Of a stretch of 64,000 bases of DNA, positions 51,428-61,724 are shown piece after piece. Numbering within the stretch: position 1 is the stretch's first letter; each line of letters opens with the position of its first letter. Source of the stretch: Candidatus Poribacteria bacterium (lineage in GTDB: Bacteria > Poribacteria > WGA-4E > WGA-3G); contig CAXXLX010000002.1 of assembly GCA_963665235.2 (NCBI GenBank), forward strand, positions 224,001 through 288,000. The letters are read 5' to 3'. The notes below the pieces were generated by a model that saw nothing but the letters and a program-made list of their open reading frames with translations, was not told where the DNA came from and made no database searches. The position numbers were made by a program, and so were the translations under genes.

Positions 51428-52737
51428 TGATTCTCCACCTCCAAATCTATAGCATCATCAGCTTCTAAATTTATAATATTATCCTCGAATTTTCCAACAA
51501 TATCGGGAGAATGGGTTGCGACAATTAGCTGTATTTGCCCACCAAGTGCTACCAGAGACTCTAGAAGTGTTTTTTGCCAAATGAGGTGGAGCGACAACTC
51601 CGGTTCATCTGCGATATAGACCACTGGTTTATCTGATTGAAGTAGGGCTTCGGTAAGTAAAATCAGAATCTGTTTCTCACCCGAGGAGAGGCGGTGCACC
51701 TCTAGGTCAGAGAGTGAAGAAGATCCAATCTTTATCTTTAACTTTCCACTTTCATCTACCTTAATGGATTTGTTACGCAAAAATGAATTGGCAAATTTCT
51801 CATAAAGACGCAATTGAGCCAAAATATCTCCTCTATCTTCTTCAAGTTTTCTTGAATGCTCAACCATGTTTTTGGTTCGACTGATCAGTGGAAAAACAAG
51901 TGTATCTTTGAATTTCAAATCTGCATCTTCAATGTTTCTAATTCGTTCGACTGATTCCTTTGCAGTATCAAAATGTTGATTAATTCTGCTCCGCATCTGT
52001 TCGTCTAGAAGATCGGCAGCACCAAAAGCCCTGATTAATTGTTCTTTCTCAACTTCTGTTGGTAAAGAACGAATTGACTCCAGAATCAAATCAGGTTGAT
52101 CTTGGTCTTTGCTGTAAAGGATCACTGATAGAACTTGACGTGAAAACTCTCTGTACCGTTCAGAAAGGCGTGCACTTAAGCCAGAGCGATACTCAGAAAG
52201 CTTTTCCAATAATCCAGAAAGTCGTGCGTCTACCGATTCCAAAGAATTTGTCCGAGATCTTTCTTCATCACCCTCTGGCACAGTTAAACGACGACTTACG
52301 GGAAGCCAAAGGAGAGGAACTAAGTTGGTCAATCTATTAGAAAATTCCTCTTCATCACTATACATCGATCTTCTGGTGCTTCTACCTATTTCATCCCTAA
52401 ACACTGTTTTTCCAGTAACGATGTTTCGCTCAAGCGACGAATTTTTCTCCCCAGTGAGTTCCAATTTTAAGGACCTGTTATCCTTCTCAACAGTAATAGT
52501 ATTGGGTCCATCATCTTCGCCTTCAAATTTACTTATCCCAATTTTGGCTTGCTCAAAATCAACTTTTCGGAGACTTTCCAAATCTACCGATAAGATCGAA
52601 TGGAGAAGGTTCAAAATAGTGGTTTTACCAGAGGCATTCGGACCTATCAGTATATTTACGTCGTCATAAAAAGTTAGGTGAATGTCTCTATAGTCCCACA
52701 GTTTGGTTATTTCAAAGGACTCAATACGGTACATCAT
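51424..52737 (-). CDS. AAA_15/AAA_21 ABC-type ATPase (PARIS AriA-like)
   Basis: GPNASGKTT, LSSGEKQ, IADEPELSLH..WQ and ATHSP motifs. Confidence 0.85.
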   Translation of the reverse strand: MMYRIESFEITKLWDYRDIHLTFYDDVNILIGPNASGKTTILNLLHSILSVDLESLRKVDFEQAKIGISKFEGEDDGPNTITVEKDNRSLKLELTGEKNSSLERNIVTGKTVFRDEIGRSTRRSMYSDEEEFSNRLTNLVPLLWLPVSRRLTVPEGDEERSRTNSLESVDARLSGLLEKLSEYRSGLSARLSERYREFSRQVLSVILYSKDQDQPDLILESIRSLPTEVEKEQLIRAFGAADLLDEQMRSRINQHFDTAKESVERIRNIEDADLKFKDTLVFPLISRTKNMVEHSRKLEEDRGDILAQLRLYEKFANSFLRNKSIKVDESGKLKIKIGSSSLSDLEVHRLSSGEKQILILLTEALLQSDKPVVYIADEPELSLHLIWQKTLLESLVALGGQIQLIVATHSPDIVGKFEDNIINLEADDAIDLEVENQ

Positions 52738-52959
52738 TTGTCTCCATCTGCTTGACGATAAGATCGTTAAGGATATGCAAAAAGCACGCTGACAAGCGTT
52801 AAAACGAATTTGTATGTCAACAACTTTTTTGCGATGTGTTCGACGAAAAGCGTTAATTTTCCGTTCGCATACTTTAAAGTATACGATATTTTACGGAAAA
52901 TGTCGAATTAACCCGATAATCCGGCTATTTTCCGCATCGTCTTCGTCAAATACCAATTC

Positions 52960-52989
52960 ATTATACCGTAAAATGGATCTGTATGTCAA
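52960..52989 (-). promoter_or_regulatory. Consensus sigma70 promoter for the defence operon
   Basis: Minus strand TTGACA-N18-TATAAT. Confidence 0.65.
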
Positions 52990-53090
52990 CACTTTTTTCG
53001 CAAAAAACACCGAATTTTTACCGAATTCGGTTAATTTGCTTAGATTTTAGCATTTTCTTAAAAATTTGTCAACAATTTTTTTCAAAAAAA

Positions 53091-53297
53091 TCATCCCCCC
53101 TGCACGGCACGAATAATTTCAACCTCACTGTTTTCACGCAATTGCGTTGTCTGCCACGCTGCTTTGGGGATAACCTCCCTATTCACCGCTACAGCAATGC
53201 CCGACTGCACCGGCTCCAGCTCCAAAAGAAGGAGTAATTCATGTAGGCTCAAATCGGAGCGGACCTCTCGCTCTTCTCCGTTAACACGTATCTTCAT
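53091..53297 (-). CDS. thiS: Sulfur carrier ThiS
   Basis: MKIRVNGE..IAVAVNREVI..VEIIRAVQGG with C-terminal GG. Confidence 0.95.
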   Translation of the reverse strand: MKIRVNGEEREVRSDLSLHELLLLLELEPVQSGIAVAVNREVIPKAAWQTTQLRENSEVEIIRAVQGG

Positions 53298-53309
53298 TTT
53301 TTCCCCTAC

Positions 53310-54470
53310 TTACGACACATGACGTGCATCCACTACTTTAAAAAACCGAGCCAGGTTGAATGGGGCGATTGTCTCCGATGTTTCACCTGTCAGAATCAGT
53401 TTGGAGACTTCGTAGGCGGTGATGGGGGTGAGTAAGATGCCGTTACGATAGTGCCCTGTCGCATATATGAGATTGTCAATGGGCGTTTTGCCGAGTATGG
53501 GTGCATTGTCTGTGCTACCAGGACGTAAACCTGTCCACGTTTCAATAAGGGGCAGGTCATAAACACCGGGCACGGCCTCACACGCTCCATGGAGGAGTTC
53601 GTACACACCACCAACGGTCAGATCGGTGTGAAATCCCTTCTCCTCGGTTGTTGCTCCGACGATAAGTCTACCATCGGCTCTCGGCACTAAATATACGGGC
53701 ATCGGATACCTCGCTTTGACGGTCCGGACGACGTTTTTAAGCATAAACCCATCCTGCATTCGCAACGCTAACATCTGTCCCTTCACGGGCCGCACGGGGG
53801 GGATAACAGTGTCCGGTAACCCGCTGAGCTGTCCGGACCAGCAGCCTGCGGCGAGAATAAGCACGTCTGCTGCTTGAAAACCGTCCGCTGTCTGAATGCC
53901 CGTCGCTGTGCCGTTCTCTATGACAACGCTTTCAACATTGGTATTTTGATGCAATACGCCGCCGCGTCCCTGATAAGCACGTTGGAGTGCCTGGGTCATC
54001 AGTCGATTGTCGACCTGATGGTCGGTTTCACAACGAACTGCTGCTGTCACATAAGGGGAGAGGGCTCTTTCAATTTTACGGGCTTCTTGTCCGCTTAACC
54101 ACTCGACATTTAACCCTAAATCTTGTTGTAGGTTATAAGCATGCTCGAGTTGATATGCATCATCAGGCTTCATTCCTATAATGAGGGTGCCTTCTGCTCG
54201 ATACCCGATTGGCATTCCTGTTTCTGTCTCTAACTCATTGACCCATTCTGGATAACGTGCTAAACTTTGATTGCTGAGTTTGAGGAGGTCGAGTTCGTCG
54301 ATATGTGCTTCGGCAATTGGGCCGAGCATACCGGCGGCTGCCCAGGAGGCTCCGCGTCCGGCTTGTCCACGCTCGTAAATGGTAACAGCAGCACCCGCTT
54401 TCGCTAATTGCCACCCGATACCGAGTCCAATTACACCACCACCAATGATGAGAATCTTCCTATTTTCCAT
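53310..54470 (-). CDS. thiO: Glycine oxidase ThiO (copy 2)
   Basis: GGGVIG, ASWAAAGML, PVKGQ, GLRP and GHYRNGILL motifs. Confidence 0.9.
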   Translation of the reverse strand: MENRKILIIGGGVIGLGIGWQLAKAGAAVTIYERGQAGRGASWAAAGMLGPIAEAHIDELDLLKLSNQSLARYPEWVNELETETGMPIGYRAEGTLIIGMKPDDAYQLEHAYNLQQDLGLNVEWLSGQEARKIERALSPYVTAAVRCETDHQVDNRLMTQALQRAYQGRGGVLHQNTNVESVVIENGTATGIQTADGFQAADVLILAAGCWSGQLSGLPDTVIPPVRPVKGQMLALRMQDGFMLKNVVRTVKARYPMPVYLVPRADGRLIVGATTEEKGFHTDLTVGGVYELLHGACEAVPGVYDLPLIETWTGLRPGSTDNAPILGKTPIDNLIYATGHYRNGILLTPITAYEVSKLILTGETSETIAPFNLARFFKVVDARHVS

Positions 54471-54574
54471 TATTACTCACCTTTTCTAATTTTTGCTTTG
54501 ATTGTTTTTTAGAGATTATAGCATATTTTCCATTTTTAAGGCAAATTTTGAGGCAATAACGCACTAAACTAGAG

Positions 54575-54675
54575 CTCGCGTGCACAGCACGCTCCTACAG
54601 AAGAGAAGGGTCGCGTGCACAGCACGCTCCTACAGAATATAAGAAAAACATCGCTAACACAGCACGCTCCTACAG
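54575..54675. repeat. Cluster of GTAG REP hairpins (same REP as in the 22787 tandem)
   Basis: TCGCGTGCACAGCACGCTCCTACAG x2 plus a partial third copy overlapping the thiO stop. Confidence 0.8.
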
Positions 54676-55809
54676 AGGAAAAAACCGGTTCAATTGAAAT
54701 GGGGCGATTGTCTCCGAAGTCTCACCGGTCAAAATAAGTTTGGCGATTTGGTAAGCGGTGATGGGGGTGAGTAAGATGCCGTTACGATAATGACCTGTGG
54801 CGTATATCAGATTGTCAATGGGCGTTTTGCCGAGTATGGGAGCGTTGTCTCTGCTACCAGGGCGTAAACCTGCCCATGTCTCCAAAAGAGGCAGTTCATA
54901 AACACCCGGCACCGCCTCACCTGCTCCACGGAGCAATTCAAATATACCGCCTGCTGTTAGACGTGTGTCAAATCCCATCTCCTCGCTGGTTGCACCGACG
55001 ATAAGCCTACCGTTGGTTTTCGGTACCAGATATACGGACATCGGATATCTCGCTCGGACTGTCCGAATGACGTTTTTGATCGTAATCCCGGACTCCATTT
55101 GCAATGCTAACATCTGTCCTTTCACAGGACGGACCGGGGGGATAAGGGTATTCGGTAATCCATCAATCCCGGCAGACCAGCATCCCGCGGCGAGAATAAG
55201 CACGTCTGCTGCTTGAAAACTATCGGCTGTCTGAACCCCAATTGCTGTGCCGTTTTTTATGACAATTTGCTCAATTGGGCTGTTTTCATGTAATATCCCA
55301 CCGCACGCCTGATAGGCACGTTGGAGTGCTTTAACCATTAACCTATTGTCAACCTGATGGTCGGTTTTGCAATGGAGTGCTGCGGTGACGCGAGGTGAGA
55401 GCGTCGTTTCAATGTCGCGTGCCTCGCGTCCACTTAGCCAATTGACATCTAGCTCTAATTGCTGTTGTGCCTCGTAAAGATGGCGGAGCTGGGCGGTGTC
55501 GTCCGGCTCTAATCCGACAATGAGTGTGCCTTCTACCCGATAGCCGACAGACATCTGCGCATCTGCCTCTAATTCACACACCCATTGCGGATAGCACGCC
55601 AAACTTTGACATCCAAGGGTGAGCAGGGCTGCCTCCTCGGTATGCGCCTCGGCGAGGGGGGCGAGCATGCCAGCAGCGGCCCAAGAGGCAGCTCGACCCG
55701 CCCGGTCACGTTCGTGAATGGTGACGGATGCTCCCGCTTTGGCAAGTTGCCACCCGATACCGAGCCCAATTATGCCACCACCAATGATGAGAATGTTTCT
55801 GTTTGACAT
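54670..55809 (-). CDS. thiO: Glycine oxidase ThiO (copy 1)
   Basis: Same motifs as 53310..54470; clear tandem paralog. Confidence 0.9.
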   Translation of the reverse strand: MSNRNILIIGGGIIGLGIGWQLAKAGASVTIHERDRAGRAASWAAAGMLAPLAEAHTEEAALLTLGCQSLACYPQWVCELEADAQMSVGYRVEGTLIVGLEPDDTAQLRHLYEAQQQLELDVNWLSGREARDIETTLSPRVTAALHCKTDHQVDNRLMVKALQRAYQACGGILHENSPIEQIVIKNGTAIGVQTADSFQAADVLILAAGCWSAGIDGLPNTLIPPVRPVKGQMLALQMESGITIKNVIRTVRARYPMSVYLVPKTNGRLIVGATSEEMGFDTRLTAGGIFELLRGAGEAVPGVYELPLLETWAGLRPGSRDNAPILGKTPIDNLIYATGHYRNGILLTPITAYQIAKLILTGETSETIAPFQLNRFFPL

Positions 55810-55826
55810 TAACCCTTGCTGTAAAC

Positions 55827-57389
55827 CTATTTTTTTTCTTTTTCACCTAACAAATTGATGAAAAGGTCTTCTACCTTGACTTTTTTGGTAATCAACCCTT
55901 TTTCAAGGGCAAACTTGGTGAAGGCTTCCCACTTCTCTTTGGATTGCACCTGTGTTGTAGCGAATACCTCTAGCGTGTCCCGAAAAGCGAGTTCTTCCAA
56001 TTCCTTATCGGCTTCAGGGTTGGCCTGGAAGAAGAGTTGCAGTGCTTTGTCAGGATTCTTTTTCGTGAATTTTATCGCCGCCTGAATGGCTTTCATCAGG
56101 TTTATCGCTGTTGCTGAATGTTTTTCCAAATAAGCGTCGCTAGTGATGATAACTAGCTCATAATAGTCGGGAATACCGTGCTTCTCTAGTGCGAAAAAGT
56201 CGGCTTCTTGACCCTTGAGTTTCAACATGTTAATTTCGTAGTTGCGAAACGGGCCGATAACGGCATCAATTTGTCCCCCGACAAGAGGTGCAATAATATT
56301 TGTGCCGATGTCTATCAATTCGTAGTCCTCTTTTGATAGTCCGGCGTTTGCTGCAATTGCATCGAATAGCAGTACGTCTAATGGTGCGACGGTGTATCCG
56401 ATTTTTCGTCCTTTGAAATCGGCGGGGGTTTTTATGCCCGTTTTCTTGAGAAAGGTGATTGTGTTGAGCGGATGCTCGACGAGCAAACCGATGGCTTTGA
56501 CCGGTAAAACCTCTTCGCTTGCGCGGGCAATTGTGACGCTCTGTTGATAACTCACTGCAAAGGGGGCTTTTCCAGCGGCTACTAATTTCAACGGTGCGTT
56601 CGGGTCGCCGCCCCATTGCAATTCAACCGCTAGGCCGTGTTTGGCAAAAATTTTGTTTTCCTGGGCAACATATAGCGGGGCATGGTCGACGTTGGGAAAC
56701 CAGTCAAGCAGGAGCGTGACCTTCTCTAATTCGGGCGGTGGCGGGGCTTTATAGATTGCTTTTACAACGGCATCCACCCCGACAAACATACCCCAATTTC
56801 CCCAAGATTGACTTACCTTCACTAGCAACAAGTTATCCCCCTGTTTTAGGTTAACTTGAAACATGTCTTCATAGCCTCCGGTGCTTCGGTCGATTGGGTT
56901 TTTATGAACCACTTCACCGTTGAGCCAAACCTTGACAGAGTCGTCACTGCCGACGTACATCTTTACGCCATTCTGTGGGCTTGCGGACTCAAGTGTAATC
57001 AAGCCGTAAGCTGAATAGTCAATCATTTCAGCATCTGCCCATCCCAATTTACTGAAGAGATCTGTTAGGTTATCAATCTCACCGACGAAATTATAGGTGT
57101 TCTCAATGTTCCTAAAGCGAAGTTCACTGAGTGTCCATGCATAATCGCCGACGAAGTCTCCGCCGTTTGCTCCGTTAGTTGCGACATCTATCTCTGTGGT
57201 GTCGCCATTACTGGCAACCGCGAGTGAATCCACATCGGTAGAATTCGCGCCACCCAGTCCCGGTTCGGTTGGGGCAATCATCCAGAGCCATGGCCCGGCT
57301 ATATACTCTTGGGCGATGCAAGGAGATAGATAGAGCGTTGAAATCAGAAACAGTGTAAAGAGAAGAGTAGAACATAAATTCGTTTTCAT
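55827..57389 (-). CDS. ThiY/NMT1-like ABC substrate-binding protein with extra N-terminal beta-sandwich domain
   Basis: C-terminal LLDWFPNVDHAPLYVAQ..SYQ..GIPDYYELV. N-terminal GPWLWMIAP..GSDDSVKVWLNG. Confidence 0.8.
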   Translation of the reverse strand: MKTNLCSTLLFTLFLISTLYLSPCIAQEYIAGPWLWMIAPTEPGLGGANSTDVDSLAVASNGDTTEIDVATNGANGGDFVGDYAWTLSELRFRNIENTYNFVGEIDNLTDLFSKLGWADAEMIDYSAYGLITLESASPQNGVKMYVGSDDSVKVWLNGEVVHKNPIDRSTGGYEDMFQVNLKQGDNLLLVKVSQSWGNWGMFVGVDAVVKAIYKAPPPPELEKVTLLLDWFPNVDHAPLYVAQENKIFAKHGLAVELQWGGDPNAPLKLVAAGKAPFAVSYQQSVTIARASEEVLPVKAIGLLVEHPLNTITFLKKTGIKTPADFKGRKIGYTVAPLDVLLFDAIAANAGLSKEDYELIDIGTNIIAPLVGGQIDAVIGPFRNYEINMLKLKGQEADFFALEKHGIPDYYELVIITSDAYLEKHSATAINLMKAIQAAIKFTKKNPDKALQLFFQANPEADKELEELAFRDTLEVFATTQVQSKEKWEAFTKFALEKGLITKKVKVEDLFINLLGEKEKK

Positions 57390-57414
57390 TGGAATTCCTC
57401 CTAAATGAATAGAC

Positions 57415-58188
57415 TTATCGGATATCCGATATGTTTTTTTGATGCCGTCGCCACGGCATTGCGTATCGTTCTAATAATGTCATTAGGGCAAAGAGTGCTA
57501 AGCCTAATAGTGTTAGACAGAAAATAGCTGCGAATACGACTGAAGTCTGGAGTTGCGCATTTGCGTACAACATGAGATAGCCGAGTCCAGCACTTGAACC
57601 GACCCATTCGCCTATTACTGCTCCGATTGTGGAGATGGATATGCCGATTTTCGCGCCGGAGAAGATAAATGGCAATGCTGATGGGATGTACACTTTCCAG
57701 AGAATCTGCCATCGCGTTGCCCGCAGGATGCGAAAAAGGTTTACCGTATCGGTATCGGCGGATTTCAAACCGTCTAATGTGTTCATGACAATTGCGAAAA
57801 ATACGATTATCGCGGCCATGACAACTTTTGAGGAAATCCCGAAACCGAACCACATCACTAATAAAGGTGCAATCGCAAATACTGGCACCGTTTGTGACCC
57901 AATGACATAAGGATAGAAGGCTTTCTCCAAGAGTGGAAACTCGAACATCAGCACGGATAGCGGAATGCCGATGCTAACTGCAAGTGCAAATCCGAGTAGC
58001 ATCTCCTGTAGCGTGACGAGCGAATGTTTCAGCAGGAGTTCGTGTTTTACGAAGAGTGTCACCACAATTTTTGAGGGGGCTGGCAGGATATAACGCGGTA
58101 TATCTTTAAAATACACGGCTGCTTCCCATATCCCCAACACAGTCAATAGGATGGCCACTGGCAGCACGAGTCTGCTGAAGGTTCGCAT
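57415..58188 (-). CDS. ABC transporter permease (ThiX/SsuC-like)
   Basis: ILPAPS, QTVPVFAIAPLL, PSALPFIFSG and GEWVGSSAGLG motifs. Confidence 0.88.
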   Translation of the reverse strand: MRTFSRLVLPVAILLTVLGIWEAAVYFKDIPRYILPAPSKIVVTLFVKHELLLKHSLVTLQEMLLGFALAVSIGIPLSVLMFEFPLLEKAFYPYVIGSQTVPVFAIAPLLVMWFGFGISSKVVMAAIIVFFAIVMNTLDGLKSADTDTVNLFRILRATRWQILWKVYIPSALPFIFSGAKIGISISTIGAVIGEWVGSSAGLGYLMLYANAQLQTSVVFAAIFCLTLLGLALFALMTLLERYAMPWRRHQKNISDIR

Positions 58189-58354
58189 CTGCTTTTCATA
58201 ACAGCAAAAAAGCCGTCTTCCATTTTCGGTATAGGGGACATGTCAGCACCAAAAAGGAAGCGGCTCGATACCTCATCAATAGAAGGTGTGCAATCGGGGC
58301 GTGCTCCGATTGTTTTAAAGTCGCTTAGAGGACCGATTTTTATCGCGGTTCTCT

Positions 58355-58430
58355 GTGTTTCCCTACGCTGGCATGACCCAGATCAGGTTCAAAGGGTGTT
58401 TTCTCAGCTCTTAAATAAGAGCACCCCATA
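58355..58430 (-). ncRNA. TPP riboswitch
   Basis: Minus strand GGGGTGC..GCTGAGA..ACCCTTTGAACCTGATCTGGGTCATGCCAGCGTAGGGAA, upstream of thiamine genes. Confidence 0.93.
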
Positions 58431-58484
58431 ATATACTACGAATTTTATTATACCATATTTTCAAAACGGTTGCAAAATTTTTCG

Positions 58485-59588
58485 TTAATCCACGGGCATC
58501 GCGGGGGCTGGAATTTCCACGGCTTGCTCACTCCAGAATTTGTACGCGCCAGTGTGAAGCGGTATTACAAACACCTTCGAGGCGTTTTCTATTGTCATAT
58601 CCGCTGCAGAACCGCCAGTAGCGGCTATCATCGCTTCCAACCCTTCAGCGGTATAAAGTCGTTTTAAGATAGCGTAGACAGCATCGGCGGGGACATCCTT
58701 GTGAGCAATAAGCAGTGATGGCATCAAAATCGTGTTCACCGGTGCTACTTTACCATCGTAAGCTCCCGCTGGTAACGTGCCCGATAGGTAAAACGGATAC
58801 TGTTCATAGAAACCGGATTCTTGTGCGGGCGCGTCCATGTCAAGCATCCTGATTTCATGGGATGCGGCGAGTTGCGCCATGGCATCGTTTGGAACGCTAA
58901 CTAACCATTGAAAAACGTCTACTTCACCACTTACGAGTGCTTCTACACCATCGTCTCCGCCTTTGAAGACCGGTGTGATTTCGTCCCAGATGCCGAGCGA
59001 TCTGGTCAGACGTTCCATGGTTTTTGCTGAACCGGACCCCATTGCACCGTTGGCAATTTTTCTGCCTGCCACGTCGGCAAAGTTTTGAATATCACTATCG
59101 GCGAGGACTGCTGCCTGGGCGTAGCCGATATAGAGCAGCGTTACCACCCGGATATTGGTTTTAGCTCCCTCCTCAGCGAAAACTTCTTGACCGTGGTACC
59201 CCAGATAGGCTTCCGATTTAAAGGTAACACCGAGGTAATTCGGATTATCGTTGACGCGACGCGTATTTTCAACGGCCCCGGGGGAGGCTTCAACTGTGAA
59301 CATCAAATGGGGTTCATGCTGCCTGACGATGTTGCTCACGGCATTGGCAAAGGGTGAAAACGTGCCTCCGGGGGCACCTCCGGCGATTGTCAGGGAAACT
59401 GTTTGTGAGTCGTCTACTGGCATGAGGGTTTCCTGAACACGGTCACAACTACTAAGCATAATAGCGAACGATAGAACGATGCACATCATCCCGACATTCA
59501 GATAAGATAACGTTTTGTAAAATGCTCCTGCGCGGCATATCTGAAGCTGTCTTAAATTAAACTGCATTTTTAGCTTTCCTTTTTTCAT
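58485..59588 (-). CDS. TAXI family TRAP transporter solute receptor (lipoprotein)
   Basis: LSSC lipobox, GGAPGGTF, GAVEN, G..GSG, IPLHTGA. Start uncertain. Confidence 0.85.
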   Translation of the reverse strand: MKKGKLKMQFNLRQLQICRAGAFYKTLSYLNVGMMCIVLSFAIMLSSCDRVQETLMPVDDSQTVSLTIAGGAPGGTFSPFANAVSNIVRQHEPHLMFTVEASPGAVENTRRVNDNPNYLGVTFKSEAYLGYHGQEVFAEEGAKTNIRVVTLLYIGYAQAAVLADSDIQNFADVAGRKIANGAMGSGSAKTMERLTRSLGIWDEITPVFKGGDDGVEALVSGEVDVFQWLVSVPNDAMAQLAASHEIRMLDMDAPAQESGFYEQYPFYLSGTLPAGAYDGKVAPVNTILMPSLLIAHKDVPADAVYAILKRLYTAEGLEAMIAATGGSAADMTIENASKVFVIPLHTGAYKFWSEQAVEIPAPAMPVD

Positions 59589-59692
59589 TAATAAACTTTG
59601 GATAGTTTTTAGAATTCCGCTTTTGATTGATTGATTGTTAATATGCTAACACGTTCGAAAAACAGAGTCAAGGATATATGCGATGAATTCCG

Positions 59693-60730
59693 TTAATCGA
59701 CGGGCATTGCTTGTTCAGGAATTTCTACGCCTTGCTCGCTCCAGAATTTGTACGCACCAGCATGAAGCGGTATAACGAACGCCTTCGGGGCATTTTCTAC
59801 GGTCATATCCGCTGCAGCTCGCGTCACTCGCAGCATGTTTTGATGCCCTTCGGGGGCGTAAACGTGCTTTAACATGGCATAGACAGTCTCCGCCCGCACG
59901 TCTTTGTGGGAAATTAGCAGAGTCGGCATGACAATGGTTTTCACGGATTCAACTTTTCCATCATAAGCTCCCTCAGGTAAGGTTCCCGGGAGGTAGAACG
60001 GATATTTTTCATAGAAACCGTATTTCTTTGCAGGCGTGTCAAGGTCAAGCATGCGGATGGACTTAATGGTTGTGAGCTGGATGATGGCACTGTTGGGAAC
60101 GCTGACGAGCCATTGGAACGCTTCAACTTGCCCATCTTGGAGTGCTTCAGCGGCGGCCGTGCCGCCTTTGTAAATTGGGGTAAATTGTCCCCAGATGCCT
60201 GCTAATTTTGCTAACCGTTCTAGCGTTTTAGCGGTGCCGGAGCCGCTTGCCCCGCAAGCAATCTTTTTCCCGACAATGTCCTCGAATTGATGCACATCGC
60301 TGTTCTGTGGAGTTGAGAATTGGTCGTACGCCATAAAGAGGAGTGTCACAGCGCGGAGATTGGTTTGGGGGCCGTCTTTTTCAAAAATTTCTTTCCCATA
60401 ATACCCCAGATAGGCTTCGGATGCGAAGAGGACACCGAGGGTTTCCGAATCTTTGTTGATACGACGGGTGTTTTCAATTGAACCGGCGGATGCTGTGACG
60501 GCTATCTTAAGATGCGGTTCATGTTTGGTGACAATACTTCTGATGCCCCCAGCGAATTGGGAGAAACTACCGCCTATGCTGCCTCCCATAATGGAGAGCC
60601 ACTCCTTTTTTGGGGTGACTGTGTTTTCTGTGGTACTTTTATCGCTCTGTTTACTGTTATCGCTGCATCCGCAGAAAACGGTCAGCGCAACTATAACGAG
60701 GCATATCCCTAGCTGAAACTTTTTTAACAT
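59693..60730 (-). CDS. TAXI family TRAP transporter solute receptor (lipoprotein), paralog
   Basis: Start MLKKFQLG after an AAGGA RBS, FCGC lipobox, GSIEN, IPLHAGA. The upstream ORF extension is repeat-derived. Confidence 0.85.
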   Translation of the reverse strand: MLKKFQLGICLVIVALTVFCGCSDNSKQSDKSTTENTVTPKKEWLSIMGGSIGGSFSQFAGGIRSIVTKHEPHLKIAVTASAGSIENTRRINKDSETLGVLFASEAYLGYYGKEIFEKDGPQTNLRAVTLLFMAYDQFSTPQNSDVHQFEDIVGKKIACGASGSGTAKTLERLAKLAGIWGQFTPIYKGGTAAAEALQDGQVEAFQWLVSVPNSAIIQLTTIKSIRMLDLDTPAKKYGFYEKYPFYLPGTLPEGAYDGKVESVKTIVMPTLLISHKDVRAETVYAMLKHVYAPEGHQNMLRVTRAAADMTVENAPKAFVIPLHAGAYKFWSEQGVEIPEQAMPVD

Positions 60731-60835
60731 TACGCGTCCTTTCTGTGATAGATATAGCAAAATAATACCACAGTGCCGATGATATTTCAAGTTAATTACG
60801 GTTGGGTGTGTAAAGTTTTCGTCATAATGATAGAG

Positions 60836-60938
60836 GGAAGGATGGAAGGGTGGAAGGATGGAAGGGTGGAAGGGTGGAAGGGTGGAAAGGTGGAAGGATG
60901 GAAGGGTGGAAAGGTGGAAGGATGGAAGGATGGAAGAG
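60836..60938. repeat. Octamer tandem repeat (GGAAGG[A/G]T)n
   Basis: About 12 copies; a degenerate version lies at ~33826-34010. Confidence 0.85.
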
Positions 60939-61079
60939 GGGATTTCGCTTGTGTTGTCTGAATCGCGGATTAGCACGGAGAACGCGGAGAACACGGAGTT
61001 TAAGATGTGTAACAATCAAAGTTTTGGGATTATAGATGGCTATCGTCTAATACCGAATTAAAAAAATTAATTTTCATTA

Positions 61080-61194
61080 CAGGACCTACGCAGCGCGTTG
61101 ATAAATCCTTATGATGGTGGGATTTAGAGGGAAACCTAGCGGGCGGGGGGACCCCGCCCCTACGAGCTTCTGTTCTAAATTTGCGTAAGTCCTG
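61080..61194. mobile_element. MITE family A copy
   Basis: TIRs CAGGACCTACGCA / TGCGTAAGTCCTG with an internal REP. An identical right end lies at 9306-9325. Confidence 0.75.
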
Positions 61195-61498
61195 TGTACA
61201 AGTTGTTCAGTATTAGCTCAGTATGGGCGATATGTTTATAGAAGCCGAGACCGTCCGCACACCTTAGTCCCATCGGGACGATATGTTTATAGAAGCCGAG
61301 ACCGCTCCGCTAGTACATTTCTGGTAGCAAGAAGTCTCTAACGCGTGTCAAAAATCTGCTTAGCATCACAAACTCCTGCCAATCGCCAGGATAATGAACG
61401 CAGTTCATTAAATCCTCCGAAATAGCCAATCGCTAATCGCCAATAAGCTAATTGCCAATACTATTTTTTATGAAGAAAAATGAAACAGTTCGCAACTA

Positions 61499-61724
61499 AT
61501 ACCATTTTTATTAATTATTCTATCATTACCGGTTGTTAGAAATGAAACGGAGAACGGAAGACCCAAACTAAAAGTTTATGCTACTAGAAAGCACGCAAAC
61601 TGGAAGTTTATGCTACTGGAAGTTTATGCTACAACAAAGCACAAACTGGAAGTTTATGCTACTACAAAGCACAAACTGGAAGTTTATGCTACTACAAAGA
61701 GACATTTTCAATTAGGAATGGTAT
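61499..61724. mobile_element. MITE family B with ~5 internal REP units
   Basis: Ends ATACCATT..AATGGTAT; body shared with 35082 and 63466. Confidence 0.8.

Noticed and set aside
23356-53090. The integrase as mobiliser of the CRISPR island
   Set aside because: thiG lies between them and I found no shared att-like repeat at the island edges.
60731-61061. N-terminal extension of the TAXI ORF and MEGWK-type ORFs
   Set aside because: They derive from the octamer repeat. The RBS and lipoprotein signal support a start at 60730.
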